Of a DNA stretch of 64,000 bases, positions 22,137 to 30,957 are shown one piece after another. The translations under genes were made by a program, and so were the position numbers. Source of the DNA: Chloroflexota bacterium (GTDB lineage Bacteria; Chloroflexota; UBA11872; VXNJ01); the NCBI GenBank assembly GCA_965261345.1, contig OZ253449.1, positions 1,568,001-1,632,000 on the forward strand, read 5' to 3'. Position 1 is the first letter of the stretch; the number at the start of each line of letters is the position of its first letter. Under the pieces are notes generated by a model. That model was not told the DNA's origin, searched no databases, and saw only the letters and a program-made list of their open reading frames with translations.

Positions 22137-22418
22137 CAGTAGAGGGCGGCAAGATGGCCCTGCGCATCGTGTGCGCTTACATTTACAACCCGGTTGTTTT
22201 ACGCCACACTCCAGAGAACGTGATTCGGGGTGGTGGACGCACATTCACATTTACGCCGACCGCACCAAGGGCGTGAATCGTGATTTACCCGTCGCGAGTT
22301 GACATTAAATCCTCAATCGGCGCGAAAATAATGGGAAACGAAAAGAAAACCAAATCGTTGAAGTTCGCCTTTATCAGGAAGACAACACGAATGGGATAAG
22401 AAAAGAACAGGAAACGAA

Positions 22419-23651
22419 TTGAAAATGATTGGACAGACGAGCCATTACAGTACCCCTGACCATTGGGTTATCTATGAATTCAGTGCGATAGCATCAGCGC
22501 TTATTAAGGCTAAAACTGCTGCCGCTACCCTGAACCGGTTGCCGTACCTGCCGCAATGGATCGAGCAGGCACACGAAGAGCAACTGCGGTTAGAGGCGGC
22601 CGGAACAACTTTGATAGAAGGTGCCGTTTTCTCAGAGCGCGAAAAAGAAGAAGCACTTTCAGCCAATGCCGAGATGAGTAGCGTATTTAATCATTCTCAA
22701 AGGCAATTGAGGGCGGCCGATGCAACCTACCGTTGGATTCGAGAGCAACCAGCGGCGCGAAAAATCGACGCGAGATTCGTATTTGAATTTCACCACCAAC
22801 TTGTAACCGGTTGTGATGACGACCATTGCGAACCTGGCGCGCTGCGACGAACCGGTGCGGAAGCCACTTTTGGAATACCTAGGTGCAGGGGCGCGCGAGG
22901 AGGCGGCGAACTTGCTAACGCATTCGATGGACTAATGACGGCATTCGCTGGCGAGTTTCGACGGCATGATCGCATTGTGCAAGCGATGGCGGCTCACTAC
23001 CATCTCGGTGCCATGCACCCATTTGGCGACGGCAATGGTCGTACCGCGCGGGCATTGGAATCATTCATGCTGCGAGCGGCCGGCGTTAACGAAATGGTGA
23101 TGGTTAGTTTGTCAAATTACTACTACGAGCATGAAAATTCTTACTTTAAATCATTGGATGAATCTCGAAAACAGGGGCACAATCTGACCCCATTTCTCAT
23201 GTTCGCGCTTGACGCGGTTGAATCCCGCTGTAACGCCCTTGCGGATGAAATCGTCATCAACAACAAACGTATCCTCTACCGGGAATTTGCCAGGTCACTT
23301 TTCGGGCGATTACAGAGCCCCCGCCGACGAGCGATCGTTACCCGACAACTGCACATCATTGATGTTCTACTCGGATCCGACAGCATGGAACCCGACGAAT
23401 TGCTCTTAAAAGTCTGGATGCACTATGACGGCTTGAAGCACAAAATACGGGCGTTTGTCAGGGATTTGTCGGGGTTATTAAATCAATTTGCAATCGTGTA
23501 CAGGGATAACCAGTTGTCGGTGGACCTTGACTGGCCACTTAAAACCGCCGGATCGGACCGAATGCAGCAGTACGAACAAATGCCGGCAGCTGCAACCAGC
23601 GCGTTTCCTTCGATGGCGGAACTGTCAAAGTTGTTGGGTCGAAACCGTTGA
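22419..23651 (+). CDS. Fic-family protein
   Basis: HPFGDGNGRTAR; TTLIEG inhibitory motif. Confidence 0.9.
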   Translation: MKMIGQTSHYSTPDHWVIYEFSAIASALIKAKTAAATLNRLPYLPQWIEQAHEEQLRLEAAGTTLIEGAVFSEREKEEALSANAEMSSVFNHSQRQLRAADATYRWIREQPAARKIDARFVFEFHHQLVTGCDDDHCEPGALRRTGAEATFGIPRCRGARGGGELANAFDGLMTAFAGEFRRHDRIVQAMAAHYHLGAMHPFGDGNGRTARALESFMLRAAGVNEMVMVSLSNYYYEHENSYFKSLDESRKQGHNLTPFLMFALDAVESRCNALADEIVINNKRILYREFARSLFGRLQSPRRRAIVTRQLHIIDVLLGSDSMEPDELLLKVWMHYDGLKHKIRAFVRDLSGLLNQFAIVYRDNQLSVDLDWPLKTAGSDRMQQYEQMPAAATSAFPSMAELSKLLGRNR

Positions 23652-24095
23652 CAATTCGTGCCGATTGAATTCCCATTCGCGCGGTTTCCACTTCATTGGG
23701 CCCAGCCCGATTTCAGATCGATGATCTGCGCACGAATGGATCGCAGCAATGGTGCTTACAGGAGCGCTTGAGGTGGTATAGGAAACCTGGTTAAGTGGTC
23801 TCTAGTCCGCGGTTATGTGGTGTGGTTGCTCAGCGATTCGGTCAGAGGTTAAATGTCCAGGAAAAATGCCAGTCCTTCTTTAACAGAGGGCCCGACATTG
23901 AACCTGCAGCAACGCGCCCGGATTCAAGTCCTTCGATGCGTCCTGGCGCACCAGGTTACGGTCGCCTAAGCGTCCAATGTGCTCGACGTTTCCGAGCGCC
24001 ATATCTGGCTGGCGTTTGCTTTCCGTCTACAAGGAAGCAGCGGGAGGCGCGAATAGTATTCACCGATTCGAATCGTCCACGAAAAGAATCGGCAC

Positions 24096-25784
24096 CTACT
24101 CGCCGACGCCATCTGGTTGGTATCCAACCAACCAGGTGCTACCGGCCACGGCAACAAATCGCACGATGGCTTTGTGTCCATCGGCGTCTTGAAGGCCGAT
24201 TGGCTCCCTCAGTTCGAACGGCGCTGGTTGCGATTGGCATTCGTGGATAGCCACGTTTTGTGTGTACAAGTAGGTTCGACCAAGCGGATCCTTGATCGGA
24301 TTGAGCCGGCCTGATATTCCGGGCACCCGCCCTGTGCGGTCGTCAAAGATCACTGATCCTCCACCGGGGCACAGAGCAAGCTGCATCGTTAACGCATATT
24401 CTGACGGTACCCAGTCGAGCTCTACGGCGGCTGCGATCCCGTCGCCGGCTGCGAATACCATCATTTTTTGACCGAGATCGTGAAGTTGCAGGTTCGCCGT
24501 ACCATTACTGTCAGTGATTGCGGATCGGTAGGTTCCGTTCGGAAATAGCGCCGAAATGTGGACACCTGGGGCGGGGGAATTGTCAATCAGGGCCGTGACG
24601 CTTGACCCATCGCCCAGGCTTAGGCTGCGCAACTGGGTCCAGGGGGAGACTTCGACATCGTTGGCGCGGGAAGAAAAATCTCCCCCGTATACGATTGCCG
24701 TTTCAATGTGCTGGGACACGGAACTGAGATGTTGGGATACGCGCCTGACACCGCCAGCGCGGTTAGTAGGTAGGGTGGCGGACGATTTGCACTCGATGAC
24801 CGCCAGGCGATTTGGGTCGTCGATGACAAGATCAGCTTCCGCCCCATTGCTAGCCCGGTAATGGCCAAGGCCTTGTGCCAGGCCACTATTGGTACGGTGC
24901 TTGAGGATCTCGGATACGACCCAAGTCTCAAATAACGGACCCCTGAGCGGGTGCGTTCGCAACTGATCCACGGTCTTGATGCCCAGAAGGTAACAAACCA
25001 AGCCAGTGTCGATGAAATGAAGCTTTGGCATCTTTATTAGTCGTTTTCGGATGTTTGCGTGGTACGCTGACAGCCGATAAGCAATGTAGGCAATCTCTAG
25101 CATGCCGAACCAGGATTTCGCCGTCGGCTGCGTAATTCCGGCGTCGCTGGCCAGAGAGGACAAATTCAATAGTTGCGCTGTCCGACCAGCGCACAGTTGC
25201 ACAAACCGTCGAAAGTCCGATAGATCCCCGATGTTTCTAATTGACCTCACGTCCCGCTCCAAATAGGTGCTGACGTAGGAGCGGTACCAATCGGTCGGAT
25301 CTAGTGATTGGTCAAAGGTTCTCGGGTACCCGCCTGTCAGGATGGATTCGAACATATCCATAGGTGCGAGTCCAAAACGTGTGATTTCGCCGCGCGTTAG
25401 TGGCAGCAACTCGTGTACGGTTGTCCTGCCTGCGAGCGATTGCTGCACCGATTGCAGCAACGCAACGTTGTGCGATCCGGTAAGGACCCATTTCCCGGGT
25501 CGCGGATCCTGGTCAATCGACGGTTGAAGGTACGACAGCAATGCCGGTATGTTTTGCACTTCGTCGATGATCGCCCCGTCGGGGAATTGGGAAAGAAAAC
25601 CGCGAGGATCCGACTCGGCTAGAGCACGAACATCTGGGAATTCGAGATTTGCGTAAGGTAGGTGTGGAAATAATGCTCTGCAAAGGATTGTTTTGCCGCT
25701 TTGCCTTGGACCGGTCAGTGTCAATGTCGAGAATTGGGCCGCAGACTTTAATAGCAACGGTGAAATGTCACGATCGATCAACAA
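24096..25784 (-). CDS. AAA_14/DUF4143-type ATP-binding protein with ~170-aa extra C-terminal domain
   Basis: GPRQSGKT, IIDEVQ, LTGS, SLAGR, GGYP, YLERDVR, KLHFIDTGL, EADL...IECK; then a beta-rich extension. Confidence 0.85.
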   Translation of the reverse strand: MLIDRDISPLLLKSAAQFSTLTLTGPRQSGKTILCRALFPHLPYANLEFPDVRALAESDPRGFLSQFPDGAIIDEVQNIPALLSYLQPSIDQDPRPGKWVLTGSHNVALLQSVQQSLAGRTTVHELLPLTRGEITRFGLAPMDMFESILTGGYPRTFDQSLDPTDWYRSYVSTYLERDVRSIRNIGDLSDFRRFVQLCAGRTAQLLNLSSLASDAGITQPTAKSWFGMLEIAYIAYRLSAYHANIRKRLIKMPKLHFIDTGLVCYLLGIKTVDQLRTHPLRGPLFETWVVSEILKHRTNSGLAQGLGHYRASNGAEADLVIDDPNRLAVIECKSSATLPTNRAGGVRRVSQHLSSVSQHIETAIVYGGDFSSRANDVEVSPWTQLRSLSLGDGSSVTALIDNSPAPGVHISALFPNGTYRSAITDSNGTANLQLHDLGQKMMVFAAGDGIAAAVELDWVPSEYALTMQLALCPGGGSVIFDDRTGRVPGISGRLNPIKDPLGRTYLYTQNVAIHECQSQPAPFELREPIGLQDADGHKAIVRFVAVAGSTWLVGYQPDGVGE

Positions 25785-25909
25785 AGCCGATCTCCTATAG
25801 TATGCAAATCCAAAACGGCACTTGGATAAAGCATACTATTCCGACCTAGGCTGTGGGTTGGCGCAGGGCTTCTCACCCGGAGAGCCACCAGGTCCCGGGT
25901 CTTGCGCCT

Positions 25910-26254
25910 CCAACGGATCCGAGTTCAGATCACACCAGTTCAGGGAGATGGTTGCCGCCCTTAGCGCCCGCCAGAAGTTCATTCACGCCGGAAGGCCCCA
26001 GACCAACGGTTGCGTCGAACGGGTCCAAGGGACCATCCTTCAGGAGTGCTGGAAGCCGGCCTTTGCCCGTTACCTGGTCCCCAAGCAAACTGGATTAAGA
26101 CGCGAGTTGAACCGTTATCTGCGCTACTACAACCGCGATCGCGCTCACACCGGCAGGTGGAACCTGGGCAGGACCCCCGAAGCGGTCATCGGCAAGGGCA
26201 GAATCTATGCTTGAGAAACAGCGGGATGTGTCGCTAGATCTCCGAAACGGGACA
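25910..26254 (+). mobile_element. IS481-family transposase 3' fragment with right end
   Basis: NGSEF...RPQTNGCVER...YNRDRAH; end ...GAAACGGGACA. Confidence 0.75.
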
Positions 26255-27047
26255 GGCTAGTTGCCGAACTGCGCTTGGCCGGGGCGAGGACCATCACTTC
26301 CGCCAACGCCGTGTTAGATGAATTCGTTGAGCGCTTCAATGCTCGGTTCGCAGTACCCGCCAGGCAAGCAGATCAGGCTTATCGGGTCCTTGAACCAGAA
26401 CTGGATCTGGCCGCGGTCCTCTGCTTTAAACACTCCCGCCGGGTGGGCCGCGACAACACTGTCAAGTACAAGTGGAAGACCGTGCAGCTCCTGCCCGGAC
26501 TCGATCGACTTACCTACGCTGGCGCAACAGTGGAAGTGCTAGAGCATCCCGACGGCCAGCTGCGGGTGCGACACGAAGGGAAGGTTATCCCGATACAGCT
26601 GGCGGCGCCACGACCGGGGGCATTGCGCGCCGCGGGCGGTATGCTCGCCCCAACCCCCGATCTGGGGCGCACCGAAAAGATCCTTGCCGATACGGCCTTA
26701 AGCCGGGACCAACTGCTCAGCCTGGCGCGGCTCGAACCGGCAGAGCCAGCCGATGGCAATGGAATCCGCCATGAGCAACTTGACAAGCGCAAGCCAACCC
26801 GGCGGCAGTTGGCGCTCTGGAAGCCGGTACAGCACGCAAAGCTACAGGGGCACTCGCTGCTGCGGGCGATTGCCAGGCAATTGGGGGTCTCACGCAACAC
26901 CATACGCAAGTACACTCATGCGCTAACCCCGCCGATGAACCGATTGCCAGACAGGATCCAGGTCGCAAGTATCCGAGAGTGATCGCGGTCATCACCACTG
27001 ACATATTCGCTGGTCAATTGGACTGACATAGTCGCTGAGCTACGACA
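26255..27047 (+). mobile_element. ISNCY/IS1202-like transposase 3' fragment with right end
   Basis: AN..LDEFVERFNARFAVPA, RRVGRDNTV, C-terminal HTH; end with tandem CTGACATA-n-TCGCTG repeats terminating in ACA. Confidence 0.7.
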
Positions 27048-27096
27048 CAGAAGTGGGGAATTTCGGTGATCGTCAACACAATGATCCCAGGACAAG

Positions 27097-28154
27097 TTAC
27101 GCCGCCAGCAGCTTTTCGGCCCGCAGCAGGTTGGATAGCCCGGCCAGCAGCAGCAGGCGCTGGGTGTTCTTGTAGAGCCCGCGGTACCTGACCTTCCCGT
27201 TGCCGAACCAGCACTTGAGATCGTAGAACGGGTGCTCCACCCTGGCGCGCATCGATGACTTCGCCTGCTCGGCTCGCTCCTGGTCAGAATCCTTGTCGAG
27301 GAGTTTGCGCTTCCCCTTGCGCATGGCGATCCTGAACTCGACCTCCTCCTCCGGCAGCCTCTCCTCAATCCCCTGGTAACCGGCGTCTCCCCATACGGTC
27401 TTCTCTTTACCGGTGAGCAGGAATCCGGCCACATTCAGGTCGTGCACGTTGGCCGGGGTGGTGACAAGGGAGTGGACGATTCCCGATCCAGAGTCCACCC
27501 CGACATGGGCCTTCAGGCCGAAGCGCCACTGATTGCCCTTACTTGGCGGAACGCATCTCGGGATCGCGTTTCTTTGCGCGGTTCTTGGTCGAGGACGGCG
27601 CGGCGATGATGGTGGCGTCGACGATGGTTCCCTGCTGCAGCCGCACGCCCTTGGCGGCAAGGTGGTCGATGATGCGCTGGAAGATCTTTGCGGCCAGGCC
27701 GTTCTCCTCCAGGCGGCGACGGAAGTTGAGGATGGTGGTCTCGTCGGGCAACGGTCCATCCAATGCAAAGCCGCAGAATCGGCGCACCGACTCAATGTCG
27801 TAGAGAGCGTCCTCCATCGCTGGATCGGAGAGGTTATGGGTTATCTGCGCCACATGCACGCGCAGCATCTTTTCCAATGTGTAGGGACGGCGGCCGTTGC
27901 CGGCCGTGGGATATACGGGTCCAATCAGATCTTCCAGCTCTGACCAGGGGACCAGGCTGTCAAGGCGGTCAAGGAAGAGTTCGCGCCCGGTCTTGCGCTT
28001 CTTGCTCTCGAATGCGACGTCGGCGAAGGTGCGTTCGGACACGGTCGGGGTTCCAACTCTGCCAGATGTCATGTTCTGATTTTGGATCAGATATCCGATT
28101 CAGCCCAGAGCCGGATAGCCGGCCGGGGTTGGCGGAGACTAATTCAGAGTTGCC
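27097..28154 (-). mobile_element. IS5-family element, frameshifted transposase, one IR missing
   Basis: GRRPY, LSDPAMED, PDETTILNFR, VDATII, FGLKAH, GDAGY, RARVEHPF, RYRGL; frameshift ~27540; end GGCAACTCTGAATTAG next to a TTAG target. Confidence 0.88.
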
Positions 28155-28385
28155 TTAGGATTCCCGCTCAGATTCTCCGGTGATTCTCAGCATTTGCTGG
28201 GCGCGCTCAATTCGCTGACGGAGACTGTCTTGGAACTCGGGATCGCGTTTGCGATTTTCGATGTGCCCCGCAATAGCCATTCGAACAATCTGCACGACCG
28301 GCTTGCCTTCGACAGCCGCGACAGTATCCAATTCTTCCGCTTGCTCGGCCGAGAGGCGGACTGTCATTGCTTTCTGCGGATCCAT
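28155..28385 (-). CDS. Ribbon-helix-helix regulator / antitoxin-like protein
   Basis: KAMTVRL beta strand followed by two helices; divergent from the Ubl operon. Confidence 0.75.
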   Translation of the reverse strand: MDPQKAMTVRLSAEQAEELDTVAAVEGKPVVQIVRMAIAGHIENRKRDPEFQDSLRQRIERAQQMLRITGESERES

Positions 28386-28391
28386 GATCGA

Positions 28392-28451
28392 ATTTTCATC
28401 AATGGTTCGATGGTTGTCAAATGTCGGGCGATCATGATGTCTTGGTATACT
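28392..28451. promoter_or_regulatory. Back-to-back promoters of the RHH gene and the Ubl operon
   Basis: Minus strand: TTGACA 28420-28415, 17-bp spacer, GAAAAT 28397-28392. Plus strand: extended -10 TGgTATACT 28443-28451. Confidence 0.6.
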
Positions 28452-28489
28452 GGTGTCACTGGAGTTTGCCGCGGAGTTAGAAGGAAATC

Positions 28490-28801
28490 ATGACCACGAC
28501 CGAACAACCAGAGGCTACCGGGACGGCCACGCACAACGCGGAAAAACCCGAACCGAAGCTGTTTCATATCCAGATTGACCGTGAGCACTACAAGATCTCT
28601 GAGGAGAAGGTATCTGGCGCTGAGCTCCGTCGCGTGCCCTGTAACCCAATTCCCCCCGACCGCGACATCTTCCAGGTGGTGCCCGGTCACGACGACCGGA
28701 AGATCAAGGACGACGACACAGTAGAGGTCTACGACGGCCTTCGCTTCTTCACCGTGCCCAACACAATCAATCCGGGCGGCTCTACCGCCTGCATAGGCTG
28801 A
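28490..28801 (+). CDS. Ubiquitin-like (multi-ubiquitin family) beta-grasp protein
   Basis: FHIQIDREHY...VSGAELR...DIFQVVPG.DD.KI.DDDTVEV..GLRFFT pattern; ends NPGG-STACIG; AGAAGGA RBS. Confidence 0.82.
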   Translation: MTTTEQPEATGTATHNAEKPEPKLFHIQIDREHYKISEEKVSGAELRRVPCNPIPPDRDIFQVVPGHDDRKIKDDDTVEVYDGLRFFTVPNTINPGGSTACIG

Positions 28802-28814
28802 ACGAGGGCCGATC

Positions 28815-29207
28815 GTGACCCTACCTCAGGCAGACCGTGAATTCCTAGACGGCCTCGACATCGATTACGAAGTTGTCGGTGAATCTGGAATGATCTGTGT
28901 CGTCTTGAAGGGGTGGGAGTTGCCTGCAGGATTTGACCAAGAGATAGCGGATACCTTGATCCGGCTTGCGCCAGGGTACCCAGACATCCCCCCCGACATG
29001 TGGTGGCTCGATCCACCAGCGCGTCTTGCGGGCGGTGTGGATCCTCGCAACACGGGAGTGTATGAGGGATATCTCGGCCGTAAATGGCAGCGCTGGTCCA
29101 GACACCTCAATGCCGGACAGTGGAAGTCCGGTATCGACTGTCTGGAAACCTACGTTGCCCTGATTCGGCAGGAGTTGCAGCGGAGTGTTCCGGCGGGCGT
29201 GCGATGA
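28815..29207 (+). CDS. Prokaryotic E2/UBC-like protein (family E)
   Basis: LPAGF, L.PGYPD.PPDMWW.DP, WQRWSRH, W.SGID motifs. Confidence 0.85.
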   Translation: MTLPQADREFLDGLDIDYEVVGESGMICVVLKGWELPAGFDQEIADTLIRLAPGYPDIPPDMWWLDPPARLAGGVDPRNTGVYEGYLGRKWQRWSRHLNAGQWKSGIDCLETYVALIRQELQRSVPAGVR

Positions 29208-30586
29208 CCGTCACACTAGTCATTCCTCAGCCTATTGCTGATGAGCTATATCGGGCGACCACAGCAAAAATGGAAACAGCTGGCGTTCTTTTGGCCCGAT
29301 ATGCGGAAACACCAACAGGGAACATCCGGATGTTGGCGCGCCAAATCCTTTGGGTGAGTGAAGAGGCCTACCAGTTACGAAGCTCGTCGAAGCTGAGCAT
29401 TAGTTCGGAGGGATACGTTTACTCGCTCGCTGCTGCTGAAGCCGACCAGGCCGTGCCCATCTGGGTGCACACACACCCTGGAAGAAAGTCAACACCCACG
29501 CCTAGTAAATGCGACGAGTTTGTTGACAGACAGCTCGCCGACGTGTTCAGGCTCCGGTCAGGGAGTAATTTCTACGGTGCACTAGTACTTGCGATGGCCG
29601 GTAGTTGGCTTAGCTTTAGTGGACACATTGAGTCCCAAGATTTGCGCATCGAGATCGACCGTATCTGGGTAACCGGACGTCGGCTTGTGTTGGCGATCAA
29701 TGCGTCTGCAATATCACGGCCAATATCCAGGGATTTCGATCGCAACATTCGAGCTTTCGGCGGTCAAATTCAGCGAATGCTTGGAGACCTTTGCGTAGCA
29801 GTGGTCGGCTGTGGAGGAACGGGTTCCTCAGTAATCGAACAGCTGGCTCGGCTCGGCGTGCGCAATTTCATCTTGTTTGACCACAAGGCGTTGACGGACA
29901 GCAATGTAACCCGCGTATATGGCTCCAGTCGGTCAGATGTTGGTCGTCCGAAGGTAGACGTCTTGGCGGACCATGTTGCGCGAATCGCGCCGGATGCCCA
30001 AGTAGTAACTCAAAAGGCTGCGATCAATGAAGAGTCGGCCGCGAGGCAATTGCTAGATGCAGACGTGGTTTTTGGCTGCACCGATGACAACTCAGGTCGC
30101 CTGGTGTTGTCTCGTGTTGCCTCCTACCTAATGACGCCAATAATTGACTGCGGCGTATTGCTGAGTAGCGGAGACGGTGGTGGGATCGAAGGAATCGATG
30201 GCCGCGTCACATTGCTAGGGCCAGGCATGTCCTGCTTGGTTTGCCGGGGGAGGATCGATTTCCTCCGTGCGGCCGCCGAATCCCTCCCGACCGCAGAGCG
30301 CCAACTTCGCATTGATGAGGGGTATGCGCCTGCGCTTGTTGGCATCGAACCTGCAGTCGTTACGTTTACCACTAGCGTTGCGTCGGCAGCAGTAAGTGAA
30401 CTACTCGAACGGCTGATTCACTTCGGGCCCGAACCTGCCCCGTCTGAGATTCTGCTCCGCATGCACGAACGCGAAATATCCACTAACGACCAACAGCCTC
30501 TAGCTGGACACTATTGCCATCCAGATGCCGGCAAGCTTGGTTTTGGAAATGCCGAGCCTTTCCTGGAGCAGGCGTGGGACCGGTAA
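29204..30586 (+). CDS. JAB/JAMM peptidase fused to ThiF/E1-like adenylation enzyme
   Basis: ATGA overlap with the E2 stop; E...HTHP-x8-SxxD JAMM motif; VGCGGTGS, SNVTR, GRPKV, GCTD...R, CLVC. Confidence 0.88.
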   Translation: MTVTLVIPQPIADELYRATTAKMETAGVLLARYAETPTGNIRMLARQILWVSEEAYQLRSSSKLSISSEGYVYSLAAAEADQAVPIWVHTHPGRKSTPTPSKCDEFVDRQLADVFRLRSGSNFYGALVLAMAGSWLSFSGHIESQDLRIEIDRIWVTGRRLVLAINASAISRPISRDFDRNIRAFGGQIQRMLGDLCVAVVGCGGTGSSVIEQLARLGVRNFILFDHKALTDSNVTRVYGSSRSDVGRPKVDVLADHVARIAPDAQVVTQKAAINEESAARQLLDADVVFGCTDDNSGRLVLSRVASYLMTPIIDCGVLLSSGDGGGIEGIDGRVTLLGPGMSCLVCRGRIDFLRAAAESLPTAERQLRIDEGYAPALVGIEPAVVTFTTSVASAAVSELLERLIHFGPEPAPSEILLRMHEREISTNDQQPLAGHYCHPDAGKLGFGNAEPFLEQAWDR

Positions 30587-30875
30587 AGATATTCGTTGCT
30601 TGGTGGCATTCGCTGCCGCTCCCATGGCGGGTATGGCGCATTGTTGGCCGAGTCGGTGACGGAGATGCAATTCCGCTCTGGTTGCCATATGGAGGTGTAG
30701 TTCTAGTTGGACGGATGCGCCGGCCGACATGGGCCGCTCTCGATTGTCCGTGCCGCACAGGCCATAGGCTCCTTCTAAACCTGGACGGGGATCGGCACCC
30801 TTCGTGGACAATCGGCTCGCTAACGCCACTGACAATCATGCCAAGCATCGATTCAGTGACCCCTGAGCGTCGCTG
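30574..30875 (+). pseudogene. DUF6527-like small metal-binding protein, 3' end cut by an IS
   Basis: GGAG RBS + GTG; W..LDCPCRTGH.L.LNL...HPSW...LT..PSI...RRC, then reads into the IS inverted repeat. Confidence 0.72.
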
Positions 30876-30957
30876 CGCATTGACTCACTGTTTTTGTAAC
30901 CCAAACAGGGCCGTTGCCTCACTAGATTTGTAACCCAAATCCACAGGGAGGCAACCG

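Noticed and set aside
23830-23880. Possible ion-sensing riboswitch-like motif
   Set aside because: Only a vague resemblance; it lies between convergent genes with nothing downstream to regulate.
27047-27097. XerCD dif-like target next to the IS1202-like end
   Set aside because: No recognisable dif-like 28-mer in the flank.
29084-29203. ORF-track N-terminal extension of the JAB-E1 protein
   Set aside because: It overlaps the E2 gene; the ATGA-coupled start at 29204 is far more plausible.
28490-30586. ThiS/MoaD-ThiF sulfur-transfer (cofactor biosynthesis) operon
   Set aside because: An E2-like gene and a JAB fusion are present, and no thiamine, molybdopterin or cysteine synthesis genes are adjacent.
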